Shown here: piece after piece, positions 9,697 to 18,598 of the stretch
Layout of the letters: every line of letters begins with the position of its first letter
Position numbering within the stretch: the stretch's first letter is position 1
NCBI GenBank assembly: GCA_045580325.1
Contig: JAZNNR010000005.1
Span: forward strand, 3,504 to 67,503
Source of the DNA: Eubacteriales bacterium
Lineage (GTDB): Bacteria; Bacillota; Clostridia; Oscillospirales; CAG-272
Length of the DNA: 64,000 bases
Reading direction: 5' to 3'
Notes under the pieces: generated by a model
What the model saw: only the letters and a program-made list of their open reading frames with translations
The model's database searches: none
Told to the model about the DNA's origin: nothing
Made by a program: the position numbers and the translations under genes

Positions 9697-9707
9697 GGTG
9701 ATCTGCT

Positions 9708-10598
9708 TTGCCATTAGTTCCTGCAAAGTGCACACAATGTGGAGCAAGTTTAACTGTTGATCCATCTAAGGAAGCAGCGATTTGTCCATATTGTAATCAA
9801 GCATATATCGTGGAAAAAGCTATCAACTATTACAATACCACCAACGTAACAAATATAGACACATTACACGCTGATAAAGTTATTGTTGAAAGCAGTGATT
9901 CGGCAGAAAATTTGCTTAGGGCTGGAGAAACGCATATAAGATTAAAGAATTATATCGAAGCCGTGTTGAAATTTGAAGAAATGTGCAATAAATTCCCACA
10001 TAATTTTCGAGCATGGTATGGTCGACTCAGGGCTTTAACTAATGATTTCATAACATATGAGAAATTTAAGGAGTATTCGCCACACGACAAATGGGAGTTT
10101 TTCACCAAAGCAATGGATCAACACACCAAAAACACTTCGAAAACAAATCTTAAATATTGTGCGGATTTACTTGGTGTTTGTGAAAGATATTGCATTATAA
10201 TTGCTGACGAATTACCTAAACCCGAGAATTATCTTGAGACCATTAATTCGGTTTTATCGTTTGTTAAAAATGTACTTGTTGATCATAGCAAAAGTATCAG
10301 AGAGAATTATGATCCAATCGAAAAACGCTGCGCATCATTAATCGAAACGATGGAACTGAAAATGGCAAAATTATCCCCAAGAAAAATAAAGAATGTCCAA
10401 ACTGTGTTGAAAAGTGATGAAGTGTGTCATTGGAGTTGTTACCAAGAGAGATATATCCAAGAAATAGTTGAACTTCATAATGAAACCAAACGTGCCGAAT
10501 CCGAACGTCGTCGCATATGGAACAGATTGGACATTGACCTCTTCAGTACAAACGTGGAAAAGTTACAAATTCTGCGACAAAAATATTTAAAGGAGTGA
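9708..10598 (+). CDS. zinc-ribbon protein with a TPR-like helical region
   Basis: TTG start 6 nt after GAGGTG. CTQCG...CPYCN ribbon, then LLRAGETHIRLKNYIEAVLKFEEM..AWYGRL. Confidence 0.6.
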   Translation: MPLVPAKCTQCGASLTVDPSKEAAICPYCNQAYIVEKAINYYNTTNVTNIDTLHADKVIVESSDSAENLLRAGETHIRLKNYIEAVLKFEEMCNKFPHNFRAWYGRLRALTNDFITYEKFKEYSPHDKWEFFTKAMDQHTKNTSKTNLKYCADLLGVCERYCIIIADELPKPENYLETINSVLSFVKNVLVDHSKSIRENYDPIEKRCASLIETMELKMAKLSPRKIKNVQTVLKSDEVCHWSCYQERYIQEIVELHNETKRAESERRRIWNRLDIDLFSTNVEKLQILRQKYLKE

Positions 10599-10603
10599 TA
10601 ACG

Positions 10604-11284
10604 ATGAGAAAGAAAACAATATTATACCTTTTACTTGATTTGATATTTCTTGTGATTTTTAACTTGATATTTTTTATGGTGGGAGGGGCTGAACACCCAG
10701 CATCTGTGTGGCTTTCCTATGGTTTTATTCATTTTGCTTACATAATGCTAATCATAACACCTGTATTGACGAAAAAAAGCAGTAGCAAAGCGGTTTTGGG
10801 ATTCCCTTTATATACAGTTTCAGCCATATACTTTATTATTGAGTTTGTAGTGGGTTTGATTTTTATATTTATTAGAAGCGAATTCTACACGGTTGCATTA
10901 ATTGTTCAGGTTATATTGCTAGGCATATATGTACTGCTGCTTATTCCAAATCTTATTGCTAATGAGCAAACGGCAGAAAACATAGAACTACACGAAAGAG
11001 AAGTAGCATATATTAAAGAGGCTTCTTCAAGAGTAAGAAGTCTTGTTGACAAGATGAGCGACAAAGGCGCTAATAGGGCTATAGAAGCTGTTTACGACTT
11101 GCTTCATTCTAGTCCAACGCGCTCTCATTCATCTGTTGAGCTTCTCGAAGAAGATATCATTAATAAAGTGACGGAACTTGACGTAGCTGTTTGTTCAGAT
11201 GACATTTCAAAAGTTTTATCTACCTCAAAAGAACTGATTGCTATAGTTGAAGAGCGAAACAGAAAATTGAAACTCTATCAATAA
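10604..11284 (+). CDS. membrane protein with four predicted TM helices and a cytoplasmic helical C-terminal domain
   Basis: AAAGGAG lies 8 nt before ATG 10604. There are four hydrophobic stretches in the first 120 aa or so. Nearly abuts the upstream stop. Confidence 0.65.
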   Translation: MRKKTILYLLLDLIFLVIFNLIFFMVGGAEHPASVWLSYGFIHFAYIMLIITPVLTKKSSSKAVLGFPLYTVSAIYFIIEFVVGLIFIFIRSEFYTVALIVQVILLGIYVLLLIPNLIANEQTAENIELHEREVAYIKEASSRVRSLVDKMSDKGANRAIEAVYDLLHSSPTRSHSSVELLEEDIINKVTELDVAVCSDDISKVLSTSKELIAIVEERNRKLKLYQ

Positions 11285-11310
11285 AAAATATAAATTGGAG
11301 GACATAAAAA

Positions 11311-12246
11311 ATGATGCAAATTAAATGTGAAATGTGTGGAAGTTCAGATTTGGTGAAAGAGAATTCGCTTTATGTATGCAAGCACTGCGGCATGAAGTAC
11401 TCTCCCGAAGAAGCTAAAAAAATGATGGTGGAAATCGAGGGCGCTGTAAAAATAGACAATACCGAGGAAATTGCAAACCTTTATGTACTAGCAAAAAGAG
11501 CAAAAGAAAGTGAGAATTATAAAGAAGCACAAAATTATTATAGTCAAATATTGCTAAAAGCACCAACAGATTGGGAGGCTGCGTTTTATTCGCTGATTTT
11601 TGACGCTACTAACTGCGTAATTGCACAAATTGCAGAATCTTGCGATAAAATAACTTTGGGCATTCCTAGTGTTATTAAACTTGTAAAAAATACAGTTACA
11701 GACAGAGAAGAACTAAAACGCATTTGCAACGAAATGGCAAACGAAGTAAATTGGGCAGTTGGACTCTTTTTCGAAACTGCTCAAAAGCACTTTGATTATG
11801 ATTGGCATAAAAAAGAAGAGGCGGAGAGTAGTGCGGTTTATGCTGCGTACGAATTTGCTTATGAATTAAGAATGGCTTTCCCTAATAAGGAATATATTGA
11901 CTCGGAGATTTTATGTATAAAACAAGCTATGTTAATGCAAAGCCGAATGTATACTTGCGATGCTAAACACAGAGAAATATACATAAATAACGCTCGATAT
12001 CTCAAGCAATATTGTCCATCATATGAAGTACCTTTAATAGGAGGTGTCACCACACAACAAATCGAATCAGGGCTCTCGGTGGAAGAAATTGAAGCAGCAT
12101 ATATAAAAGACTGTAAAGAAATAGAAGAACAGACAAAAGCAGAGGACGAAAAATCAAAGAAAAAATTTTGGACTATTGTTATTGTGATTGCTGTAGTGAT
12201 GTACATTTTGGGTCGTTTAGGTATAGGACTGTTGTTGGGTTTTTAA
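11311..12246 (+). CDS. zinc-ribbon / TPR-like protein with a C-terminal TM anchor (paralogue 1)
   Basis: MMQIKCEMCGSS..VCKHCGMKYSPEEAKKMM. C-terminal FWTIVIVIAVVMYILGRLGIGLLLGF. GGAGG RBS. Confidence 0.7.
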   Translation: MMQIKCEMCGSSDLVKENSLYVCKHCGMKYSPEEAKKMMVEIEGAVKIDNTEEIANLYVLAKRAKESENYKEAQNYYSQILLKAPTDWEAAFYSLIFDATNCVIAQIAESCDKITLGIPSVIKLVKNTVTDREELKRICNEMANEVNWAVGLFFETAQKHFDYDWHKKEEAESSAVYAAYEFAYELRMAFPNKEYIDSEILCIKQAMLMQSRMYTCDAKHREIYINNARYLKQYCPSYEVPLIGGVTTQQIESGLSVEEIEAAYIKDCKEIEEQTKAEDEKSKKKFWTIVIVIAVVMYILGRLGIGLLLGF

Positions 12247-12312
12247 CTTTCCAAATACATAAATAATTTGAAAATAAAAATATGAAGTTACATAATTAAC
12301 TGGAGGTATAAA

Positions 12313-13284
12313 ATGATGCAAATTAAGTGCGAAATGTGTGGAAGTTCAAATATGGTGAAAGAGGATTCGCTTTATGTGTGCAAGCACTGCGGTATGAAGT
12401 ATTCTCCCGAAGAAGCAAAAAAAATGATGGTTGAAATCGAAGGCGCGGTAAAGATTGATGATACTGAAGAACTTTCAAATTTATATGTACTTGCAAGGCG
12501 TGCTAGAGATAACAAGGATACAGACGGAATTTTGAAGTATTATGGCGATATATTAAGAAAGGATCCAATGAGTTGGGAAGCTTCTCTTTTTCTGCTAGTT
12601 TATGATCATACCGAAAGAGTGTTGGCAGAAACTGAGCAATCATGTCAAAAATTTCTTAATGGAATCTCGTCTATTGTCGATTTGGTAAAAGATACCGTTG
12701 AAGATGACGAAGAGCGAAAAAATGCTTATAGCGAAGTATCACGATATACGGTATGGGCTACTGAAAATATTCTTTCCGTAACTCAAAAGTACGAGGATAT
12801 ATTTAAGGAAAGGCGCAGTCAGATATTAACTTACTTACACAATATTACATATACGTTTGCTAATCAAATGCAGAATAATTTCCCAAAAGGAGAATATGCT
12901 GACTCTATAATATTGTGTGCAAAACAAGGCGTGAAGCTTCAAAGTTTAAAAATGAACGCTTATGTACCACTAAACAATGAGGCAGAAAGAAAAACATATT
13001 TGGAATGGGTTAGATATATAAAACAATATGATCCACGATATTGGGCTCCTTCAATACCGGGAGTTACCTCACAACAAATAGAATCAGGACATACTATAGA
13101 AGAAATTGAAGAAGAAAATTTACTACAGGAGGTAAAAGAGCTAGAAGAAAACGAAAAAGCAGAAAAAAAAGCATCAGTTCTCGGATGCGTTGTGGTATTA
13201 ATCCTTTTGATATTAGCATTTTTCTTCGTGAAGTGGGCATTCGGTTGGATTTTGGGAGATATCGGAAAGTGGTTTGGGCTTTAA
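12313..13284 (+). CDS. zinc-ribbon / TPR-like protein with a C-terminal TM anchor (paralogue 2)
   Basis: The first 50 codons or so are nearly identical to 11311-11460. Same architecture as paralogue 1. GGAGG RBS. Confidence 0.7.
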   Translation: MMQIKCEMCGSSNMVKEDSLYVCKHCGMKYSPEEAKKMMVEIEGAVKIDDTEELSNLYVLARRARDNKDTDGILKYYGDILRKDPMSWEASLFLLVYDHTERVLAETEQSCQKFLNGISSIVDLVKDTVEDDEERKNAYSEVSRYTVWATENILSVTQKYEDIFKERRSQILTYLHNITYTFANQMQNNFPKGEYADSIILCAKQGVKLQSLKMNAYVPLNNEAERKTYLEWVRYIKQYDPRYWAPSIPGVTSQQIESGHTIEEIEEENLLQEVKELEENEKAEKKASVLGCVVVLILLILAFFFVKWAFGWILGDIGKWFGL

Positions 13285-13307
13285 TATTACATACTACCTA
13301 TAATGAA

Positions 13308-13342
13308 AGTGTCGAGGCAGATAGACTCCTCGGCACTTTTTA
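13308..13342 (+). terminator. intrinsic terminator ending the 7-gene operon
   Basis: AGTGTCGAGG...CCTCGGCACT stem followed by TTTTT. Confidence 0.6.
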
Positions 13343-13539
13343 ATATCATCGCACAAACTAACAAAGAAACCGTAGAATGCATAGAGGAAGGTGAAGACCG
13401 TCCCGGCGAGGGAAAACACTTCTAAGTTTTAAATAGGTGTGACAACACCTACCATAAAGATAGGGCATGACATACACTGATTTTTCAGTGGTATCGTCAT
13501 GCTCTTTTTATTTGTCTCTTTTCAGCTTAGGGGTGTAAA

Positions 13540-14050
13540 TGTAAATAAATTGTTAATTGTCAAAATTTCTTTGCTCAAATCGCAAAAAAAATTGCCCAAT
13601 AAAGGATGGAGGGGTTTTTCGGTAAACAAATTGTAAATTCGTAAAAAACATGGTAGTCAAATCGAAAAAAAGTCAGCAATAAAGGATGAGGGTACATTTC
13701 ATTAAGAAAAAGTTTCGTCCAAGCGAAAAAATAGTGTGGAATATATAGTGAGAGCATTTTTTCATCAATCGAGCTTTTATTTGATAAAAGTCGCAAATTT
13801 TGGGGCTATATAATTGGAGGCTAAAATTTGCTTCGTCCAAAATGTAAAAAAGTCAGTAATAAAAGATAGGCGCACCTTTCCTAAATAATTCAAAAAAGTG
13901 CCTAATAAAGGATAGAGGAATTTTTCCTAAAAACTCAACAAAAGTCAACAATAAAGGATGAGGGCACTTTCCGTAAATAAATTGTAAACTCTCAAAAAAT
14001 CCGGCGCTCAAATCCGAAAAAAGTGTGGGATATAAGGTGAGAGGTTGTAA
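13540..14050 (+). repeat. iteron-like array: seven same-orientation copies of a 40-45 bp unit plus three GTAAAYAAATTGTAAA boxes
   Basis: Copies at 13584-13620, 13665-13700, 13725-13755, 13846-13881, 13892-13927, 13939-13972 and 14016-14044. The array lies just upstream of the RepA-like gene. Confidence 0.7.
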
Positions 14051-14134
14051 AAATGACGTTCTCGCTGGCTACCTATTAGAGGGATCTTTTTCTCAAAGAT
14101 AAAAATACATCAATAAAACCAAGGAGGTAAACAA

Positions 14135-14971
14135 ATGGACAAACAAATGAAACTGGTCTCGATCTCCGAGATCGAACTGCAAGAGGTGGAGTGGTTGTGG
14201 TATCCGTATATCCCGTTCGGGAAGATCACGATTATCCAAGGCGATCCGGGTGAGGGTAAAACTACGCTCGGGCTCAGGCTTGCGGCGGCGTGCTCAAACG
14301 GGAGCGGTTTTCCCGGTATGGAAGAGCGACCGCCCATCAGTGTGATCTATCAGACTGCCGAGGATGGTCTCGGCGACACGGTGAAACCGCGACTGATGGA
14401 AGCGGAGGCAAACGAGAATCTTATCTTCAACATCAGTGAAGAAACCGACGTGCTGACGCTGAAGGACGTGCGCATCGAGGCGGCGATCAAAGCAACGGGT
14501 GCAAGGCTAATGATCTTCGATCCCATCCAAGGCTACGTTGGAGAGGACACCGACATCAACCGTGCAAACGAGATCCGCACCGTGATGCGCGGTATCGCAA
14601 GGATCGCCGAGGAAACGGGTTGCGCGATTGTCTTCGTGGGGCATCTGAACAAGATGAAAGGAACGAACAGCGCATACCGCGGACTTGGTACGATTGACTT
14701 TCGTGCATCGGCGCGAAGCGTGCTTCTCGTCGGAAGACTTCGCAAGATGCCAAACGTGCGTGTCATCGTTCACGACAAGTCGTCCCTTGCGCCCGAAGGA
14801 AAATCGATGGCGTTCAATCTCGGTAACGAAGAGGGATTCAAGTGGCTCGATGGTTACGACAAGATCACAGCGGACGAGCTTCTCGGCGGCGGTGAAACTG
14901 AAACGAAGACTGACATGGCAGAGGACTTGATTCTCGATATGCTTTCCTCGGGTGAGTTTGTTCCCGCCTAA
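14135..14971 (+). CDS. RecA-fold AAA_25 / RepA-DnaB-like replication ATPase of integrative elements
   Basis: Walker A GDPGEGKTT, Walker B RLMIFDPIQ, VFVGHLNK. AAGGAGG RBS. Ends at TAA 14969-14971. Confidence 0.8.
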   Translation: MDKQMKLVSISEIELQEVEWLWYPYIPFGKITIIQGDPGEGKTTLGLRLAAACSNGSGFPGMEERPPISVIYQTAEDGLGDTVKPRLMEAEANENLIFNISEETDVLTLKDVRIEAAIKATGARLMIFDPIQGYVGEDTDINRANEIRTVMRGIARIAEETGCAIVFVGHLNKMKGTNSAYRGLGTIDFRASARSVLLVGRLRKMPNVRVIVHDKSSLAPEGKSMAFNLGNEEGFKWLDGYDKITADELLGGGETETKTDMAEDLILDMLSSGEFVPA

Positions 14972-15115
14972 AAGATCTTCGAAAAAGCAAAGGAGCTGGG
15001 CATTTCACAGCGCACAGTTAACGAGGCTAAGCTGAAGAACAAAAGCATTGTTACGAAGAAGATCGGCAAGCGTTGGTTTTGGGCGATCCCCGATAGCGCA
15101 GAAGAAACGGCATGA
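14972..15115 (+). other. in-frame continuation after the TAA that encodes an HTH-like tail (KIFEKAKELGISQRTVNEAKLKNK..KRWFWAIP)
   Basis: 47 sense codons in the same frame directly after the stop. This resembles the C-terminal DNA-binding tail I recall on full-length homologues. Confidence 0.5.
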
Positions 15116-15483
15116 AGATTGTAACATTGCAGAGTGTCTCTGTCGCAAGGTTGAAGATTGCAACCTTTGGAAAGATCACGCACAGTGTCACTTGCATTGT
15201 TGCATTGTTTTCGAGAATTTGCGCAAATTCCCCAAACTTATTTTAGGGCAGGTTAAAGTGCAGGCGACTCACACCCGCACATTCACAGCGAACGGCAACA
15301 GCCGACCGCAAAAAGTGGCGTAAATAAAGGCTTTTCCGCCTCCGACCGATTTTTCTCGGGTGGCTGGCAAATTTCAAAATCACACGCGAAAAGTGTGAGC
15401 AAACACCCGATTATGGCGGTACGTCCCGCGTTTTTCGGGTGTGAAAGAGAGAAAAATTATCGATTAATTGAAAGGAAGTATTT

Positions 15484-15906
15484 ATGACAAAGACACAAGA
15501 ACCGGTAAGAAAAACAGTTTATCTTGAAGAAAAGCTTGTCAGACAAGCAGAAATTCTCTTCGGTGAAGCGGAGGTGGACTCCTTTTCTGCATTCGTGACC
15601 AAAGCGATTGAGAATTATATCACCAAGCTTGTCATCGACAAGAACGGCGATCTCCTCTCCAAAGAGATCCGTAAGGCCATCCACGAAGAGATCAATCCCA
15701 CCAACACCCGCATCTCCAAAGGGCTGTACCGATACGCTATCGAGCTTGATATGCTTGCTCAGATGGTGGCGTATCAGCATGACTTCCGATACGAAGAGAT
15801 CGTTGGAATGCGCAAGGAAGCCAACAAGTACGTAGCGCAGATGCGCGGTAAGATCAATGTGGATGAGCTGATCTGCGAGGTGCACGGTGAATACTACGAC
15901 GATTAA
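15484..15906 (+). CDS. hypothetical protein, possibly ribbon-helix-helix at the N-terminus
   Basis: KTVYLEEKLVRQAEILF..FSAFVTKAIENYI pattern. GAAAGGAAG RBS. Confidence 0.55.
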   Translation: MTKTQEPVRKTVYLEEKLVRQAEILFGEAEVDSFSAFVTKAIENYITKLVIDKNGDLLSKEIRKAIHEEINPTNTRISKGLYRYAIELDMLAQMVAYQHDFRYEEIVGMRKEANKYVAQMRGKINVDELICEVHGEYYDD

Positions 15907-15919
15907 AAAGGAGAAATCT

Positions 15920-16303
15920 ATGAGTAAAATGACAGACATTCGTTTCAGATTACAAATTGCAGGAGGTAATATGCGTATGATCAAGAGAGACGTTTTCGAA
16001 TATTTCAAGAAGGAGCCCGACGTGATGCAGGTCAAGGACGTGGTGCGGCTGCTCCATTGCAGCAAGAACACTGTGTACAAGCTGATCCACGAGGGGCGCA
16101 TTGACAGCATCAAAATCGGTCGGAACATTCTGATTCCCAAGACCGCGCTGGTGGAAATGATGGTGAACGAAAGATATTATCAAATTATTTGTCCCTACAA
16201 TCCCGATTCTCTCTGGACTATGAAGGAGCGTAACCGTATAATTGCTTCGAACAAGAATTCCAAAACGAAAGGAGGCAAAGGCGTGAATGAAGATTATCAA
16301 TAA
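15920..16303 (+). CDS. excisionase-family helix-turn-helix DNA-binding protein
   Basis: AAGGAG lies 6 nt before ATG 15920. MQVKDVVRLLHCSKNTVYKLIHEGRIDSIKIGRNILIPK is a typical Xis/MerR-type HTH. Directly upstream of the integrase. Confidence 0.7.
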   Translation: MSKMTDIRFRLQIAGGNMRMIKRDVFEYFKKEPDVMQVKDVVRLLHCSKNTVYKLIHEGRIDSIKIGRNILIPKTALVEMMVNERYYQIICPYNPDSLWTMKERNRIIASNKNSKTKGGKGVNEDYQ

Positions 16304-16372
16304 CCGAAACTTTAACTATCACGCCATCCATTTGTGCTCCGCACAAATGCAAAGTAAGAAAGGAGATAAAGC

Positions 16373-17557
16373 ATGAAAAGAATCACAGGACGGCTCGCCG
16401 AGGACAAAGGCAAATACTATGCGGTGATCAATCTGCCGGCAGTGGACGGCAAGCGCAAGACGAAGTGGCACACGCTGAACCTTGAAGCAAAGAAGGGCAA
16501 CAAAAAAGAGGCACAATACCGCCTCAACCAAATTCTTGATAAGTACAACGCGGGTGACGTGCACCTCGCCGAGACGATGACTCACGCCGACCGTGAGCGC
16601 AACCGACTTGCCAACACGAAGATGCTCGACTACCTTGACGAATGGCTGGAGGGGCATCAGCACGACATCGAGCGGGAGACCTACCACCAATACAAGCGCT
16701 ATATCGACGGGCGCATCCGCGAATTCTTCACGCCCCTCGACCTCACCGTCAAGGATCTGTCGGGAGATGAGATCAACGAGTTTTACACCTACCTTCGCAA
16801 CGCAGGGCTGAAGGGCTCCACCGGTCAACGTTATCACGGCGTGCTCCATAAGGCGTTCAAGGATGCGGTGAAGCGGCGGATCATACCGAGCAATCCCGTC
16901 GACCAAGCCAACCGACCGAGGAAGGAGCAGTTCATCGCCGCCTACTACAACGCCGAGGAGGTGAAGCAACTACTCGAGCTGGTCAAGGACGACGAGATCT
17001 ATATCCCCATCCTCCTTGCCGCTTACTATGGGCTCAGGCGTAGCGAGGTGATCGGGCTGAAGTGGTCGGCGATCGACTTCACCGAAAACACGCTGACCGT
17101 CCGTCACACCGTCCACTCCACCGAGGAGGGCATCGTCGCCAAGGACAGACTGAAAACGAAATCGTCCTATCGCACGCTGACGCTGGAGCCCTTCGTCAGA
17201 GGCGAACTGCTGAAGCATCGTGAGAAGCAGGAGCAGATGAAAAAGGTGATGCGCTCGGCGTACTCCAAGGAATACACCGATTACGTCTGCGTGGATGCCC
17301 TCGGCAAGCTCTACGATCCCGACTTCGTCACCGGACACTTCGGACAGCTTCTGAAGAAGCATAACCTGAAGAAGATCCGCTTCCACGATCTGCGCCACTC
17401 CTGCGCCTCGGTGCTCCTTGCACAAGGTGTGCCCATGAAGCAGATCCAGGAATGGCTCGGACATAGCGATATGAGCACAACCGCCAACATCTACAGCCAC
17501 CTTGATGCCGTCAGCAAGGCAGATACGGGAGCAGCGATGAGTAAAGCGTTGGGGTGA
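16373..17557 (+). CDS. tyrosine site-specific integrase
   Basis: GLRRSE...HDLRHSCASVLL...LGHSDMSTTANIYSH (R..H-x-x-R..H..Y), with an N-terminal SAM-like domain. Confidence 0.9.
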   Translation: MKRITGRLAEDKGKYYAVINLPAVDGKRKTKWHTLNLEAKKGNKKEAQYRLNQILDKYNAGDVHLAETMTHADRERNRLANTKMLDYLDEWLEGHQHDIERETYHQYKRYIDGRIREFFTPLDLTVKDLSGDEINEFYTYLRNAGLKGSTGQRYHGVLHKAFKDAVKRRIIPSNPVDQANRPRKEQFIAAYYNAEEVKQLLELVKDDEIYIPILLAAYYGLRRSEVIGLKWSAIDFTENTLTVRHTVHSTEEGIVAKDRLKTKSSYRTLTLEPFVRGELLKHREKQEQMKKVMRSAYSKEYTDYVCVDALGKLYDPDFVTGHFGQLLKKHNLKKIRFHDLRHSCASVLLAQGVPMKQIQEWLGHSDMSTTANIYSHLDAVSKADTGAAMSKALG

Positions 17558-17571
17558 GAGTATAACGAAAG

Positions 17572-17600
17572 GGGGTGACCGAATCGGTCACCCCTTGTGC
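17572..17600. terminator. bidirectional hairpin between the convergent integrase and the 226-aa gene
   Basis: GGGGTGACCG-AAT-CGGTCACCCC. Confidence 0.6.
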
Positions 17601-17627
17601 TTTATACAAATAGAATTTGTCGAATCG

Positions 17628-18308
17628 TTAATATTCAAAAACCAACGGAACATTCTGTGCAGTAAATGCATTCTTTCTTGGTTTAATCGTCACTCGTTTT
17701 GCGCTGACTTGTATATCACCAAGATAGTCTAAGGTCACGGATTCTGGTAAATCCTTTTCGAATAGCATATTATCTTCCGCATCATATACCCTTAAGAGTG
17801 GAAAGAACTTACAGGAATCCAGAAAACGCAAAAATATGATAGCCTTTCGCTTTGTACTGACTTTTTCTTTGAATTTCATTAACATATTCTCGCCTTGTTC
17901 AACTGCTTGTTGAACACAAGCCAGTATATGCATTTCATTAAAGTCTTCCGACTTAAAATGAGTAACGAGGATGGTGCTTATATACCGGATAATATCATTC
18001 AATGTCTCAGGGCTGTCGAGCTTTTGATATAATTCTTTTTCTATATGGACATTGCAATATCTGTACCACGGATGATACCTATCTACCTTGTCGGATAAGT
18101 CAATGCTTTTGGGAATATCGCAGGTGGTAAAATTGATGTACAAATGGTCAAATTCTCCAAGAGAGAATCCATTCTCACGTAGCTTCATAACCACTCTATT
18201 CACAACAGCATTTAACTTTTTATCCGCAAAAGATTCTGTAATATATCCATATTCATTTTGAGATTCACTTTTGTACAAGCGAATATCACTGATTATTTTC
18301 TTATTCAC
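17628..18308 (-). CDS. hypothetical protein (AT-rich, no recognised domain)
   Basis: The ORF in the track runs through the tRNA. I trimmed it to GTG 18308, which is preceded by AAGGAG. 226 aa. Confidence 0.55.
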   Translation of the reverse strand: MNKKIISDIRLYKSESQNEYGYITESFADKKLNAVVNRVVMKLRENGFSLGEFDHLYINFTTCDIPKSIDLSDKVDRYHPWYRYCNVHIEKELYQKLDSPETLNDIIRYISTILVTHFKSEDFNEMHILACVQQAVEQGENMLMKFKEKVSTKRKAIIFLRFLDSCKFFPLLRVYDAEDNMLFEKDLPESVTLDYLGDIQVSAKRVTIKPRKNAFTAQNVPLVFEY

Positions 18309-18356
18309 AAAAGCTGACTCCTTTGACCAAATAATTGATTGCGTTATAAAATTCAA

Positions 18357-18382
18357 GACCGCAATTCGTGAGAACTGCGGTC
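18357..18382 (-). terminator. hairpin downstream of tRNA-Ser
   Basis: GACCGCA...TGCGGTC. T-rich flanks on both strands. Confidence 0.5.
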
Positions 18383-18386
18383 TTTT

Positions 18387-18475
18387 TGGCGGAGAGAGTG
18401 GGATTCGAACCCACGTGAGATTGCTCTCAAACTGATTTCGAGTCAGCCCCGTTATGACCACTTCGATATCTCTCC
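18387..18475 (-). tRNA. tRNA-Ser (anticodon CGA), CCA encoded
   Basis: GGAGAGA acceptor stem, anticodon loop CTCGAAA, long variable arm, GGTTCGAATCC T-arm. 89 nt. Confidence 0.9.
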
Positions 18476-18598
18476 GTATTAAGTTAAGTTTGAATTTTGC
18501 ACGGCTTTTGCAAGGCCGATGGTGAAATGCATTCATCCAAAATTCAAGAAAAATGAAGCATTTGGGAGATATTGCGAGAAAGCAAGAGCTTTCGTAGG

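Noticed and set aside
13575-13796. 73-aa minus-strand ORF inside the repeat array
   Set aside because: It is composed of repeat-unit sequence, has no RBS and has low-complexity content. Spurious.
13584-13972. Could the repeat array be a CRISPR locus?
   Set aside because: The repeats are degenerate (two box types) and the spacing is irregular (from under 15 to about 150 nt). There are no cas genes, and the array lies directly upstream of a rep-like gene. It is better explained as iterons.
15048-15323. 91-aa plus-strand ORF after the rep gene
   Set aside because: It has no RBS and a Cys/His/Arg-rich odd composition. It overlaps the in-frame tail of the ATPase gene in another frame.
15457-16300. 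Minus-strand ORFs of 227 aa and 116 aa
   Set aside because: They are antisense to the RHH-like and excisionase genes, with no RBS and implausible composition.
16319-17500. Two long minus-strand ORFs (216 and 176 aa) opposite the integrase
   Set aside because: These are antisense open frames typical of GC-rich coding DNA. The plus-strand integrase has clear catalytic motifs.
18387-18415. tRNA-Ser 3' end as the att site of the integrase element
   Set aside because: I looked for a second copy of the GGATTCGAACCCAC-containing 3' end near 2244-2300 and 13300-13560 and saw none. A terminator and a 226-aa gene separate the tRNA from the integrase. The att sites remain unassigned, and a computational repeat search is needed.
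17628-18536. Full 302-aa ORF as given in the track
   Set aside because: Its N-terminal third is the reverse translation of tRNA-Ser and its terminator. I trimmed it to the GTG at 18308, which has an AAGGAG RBS.
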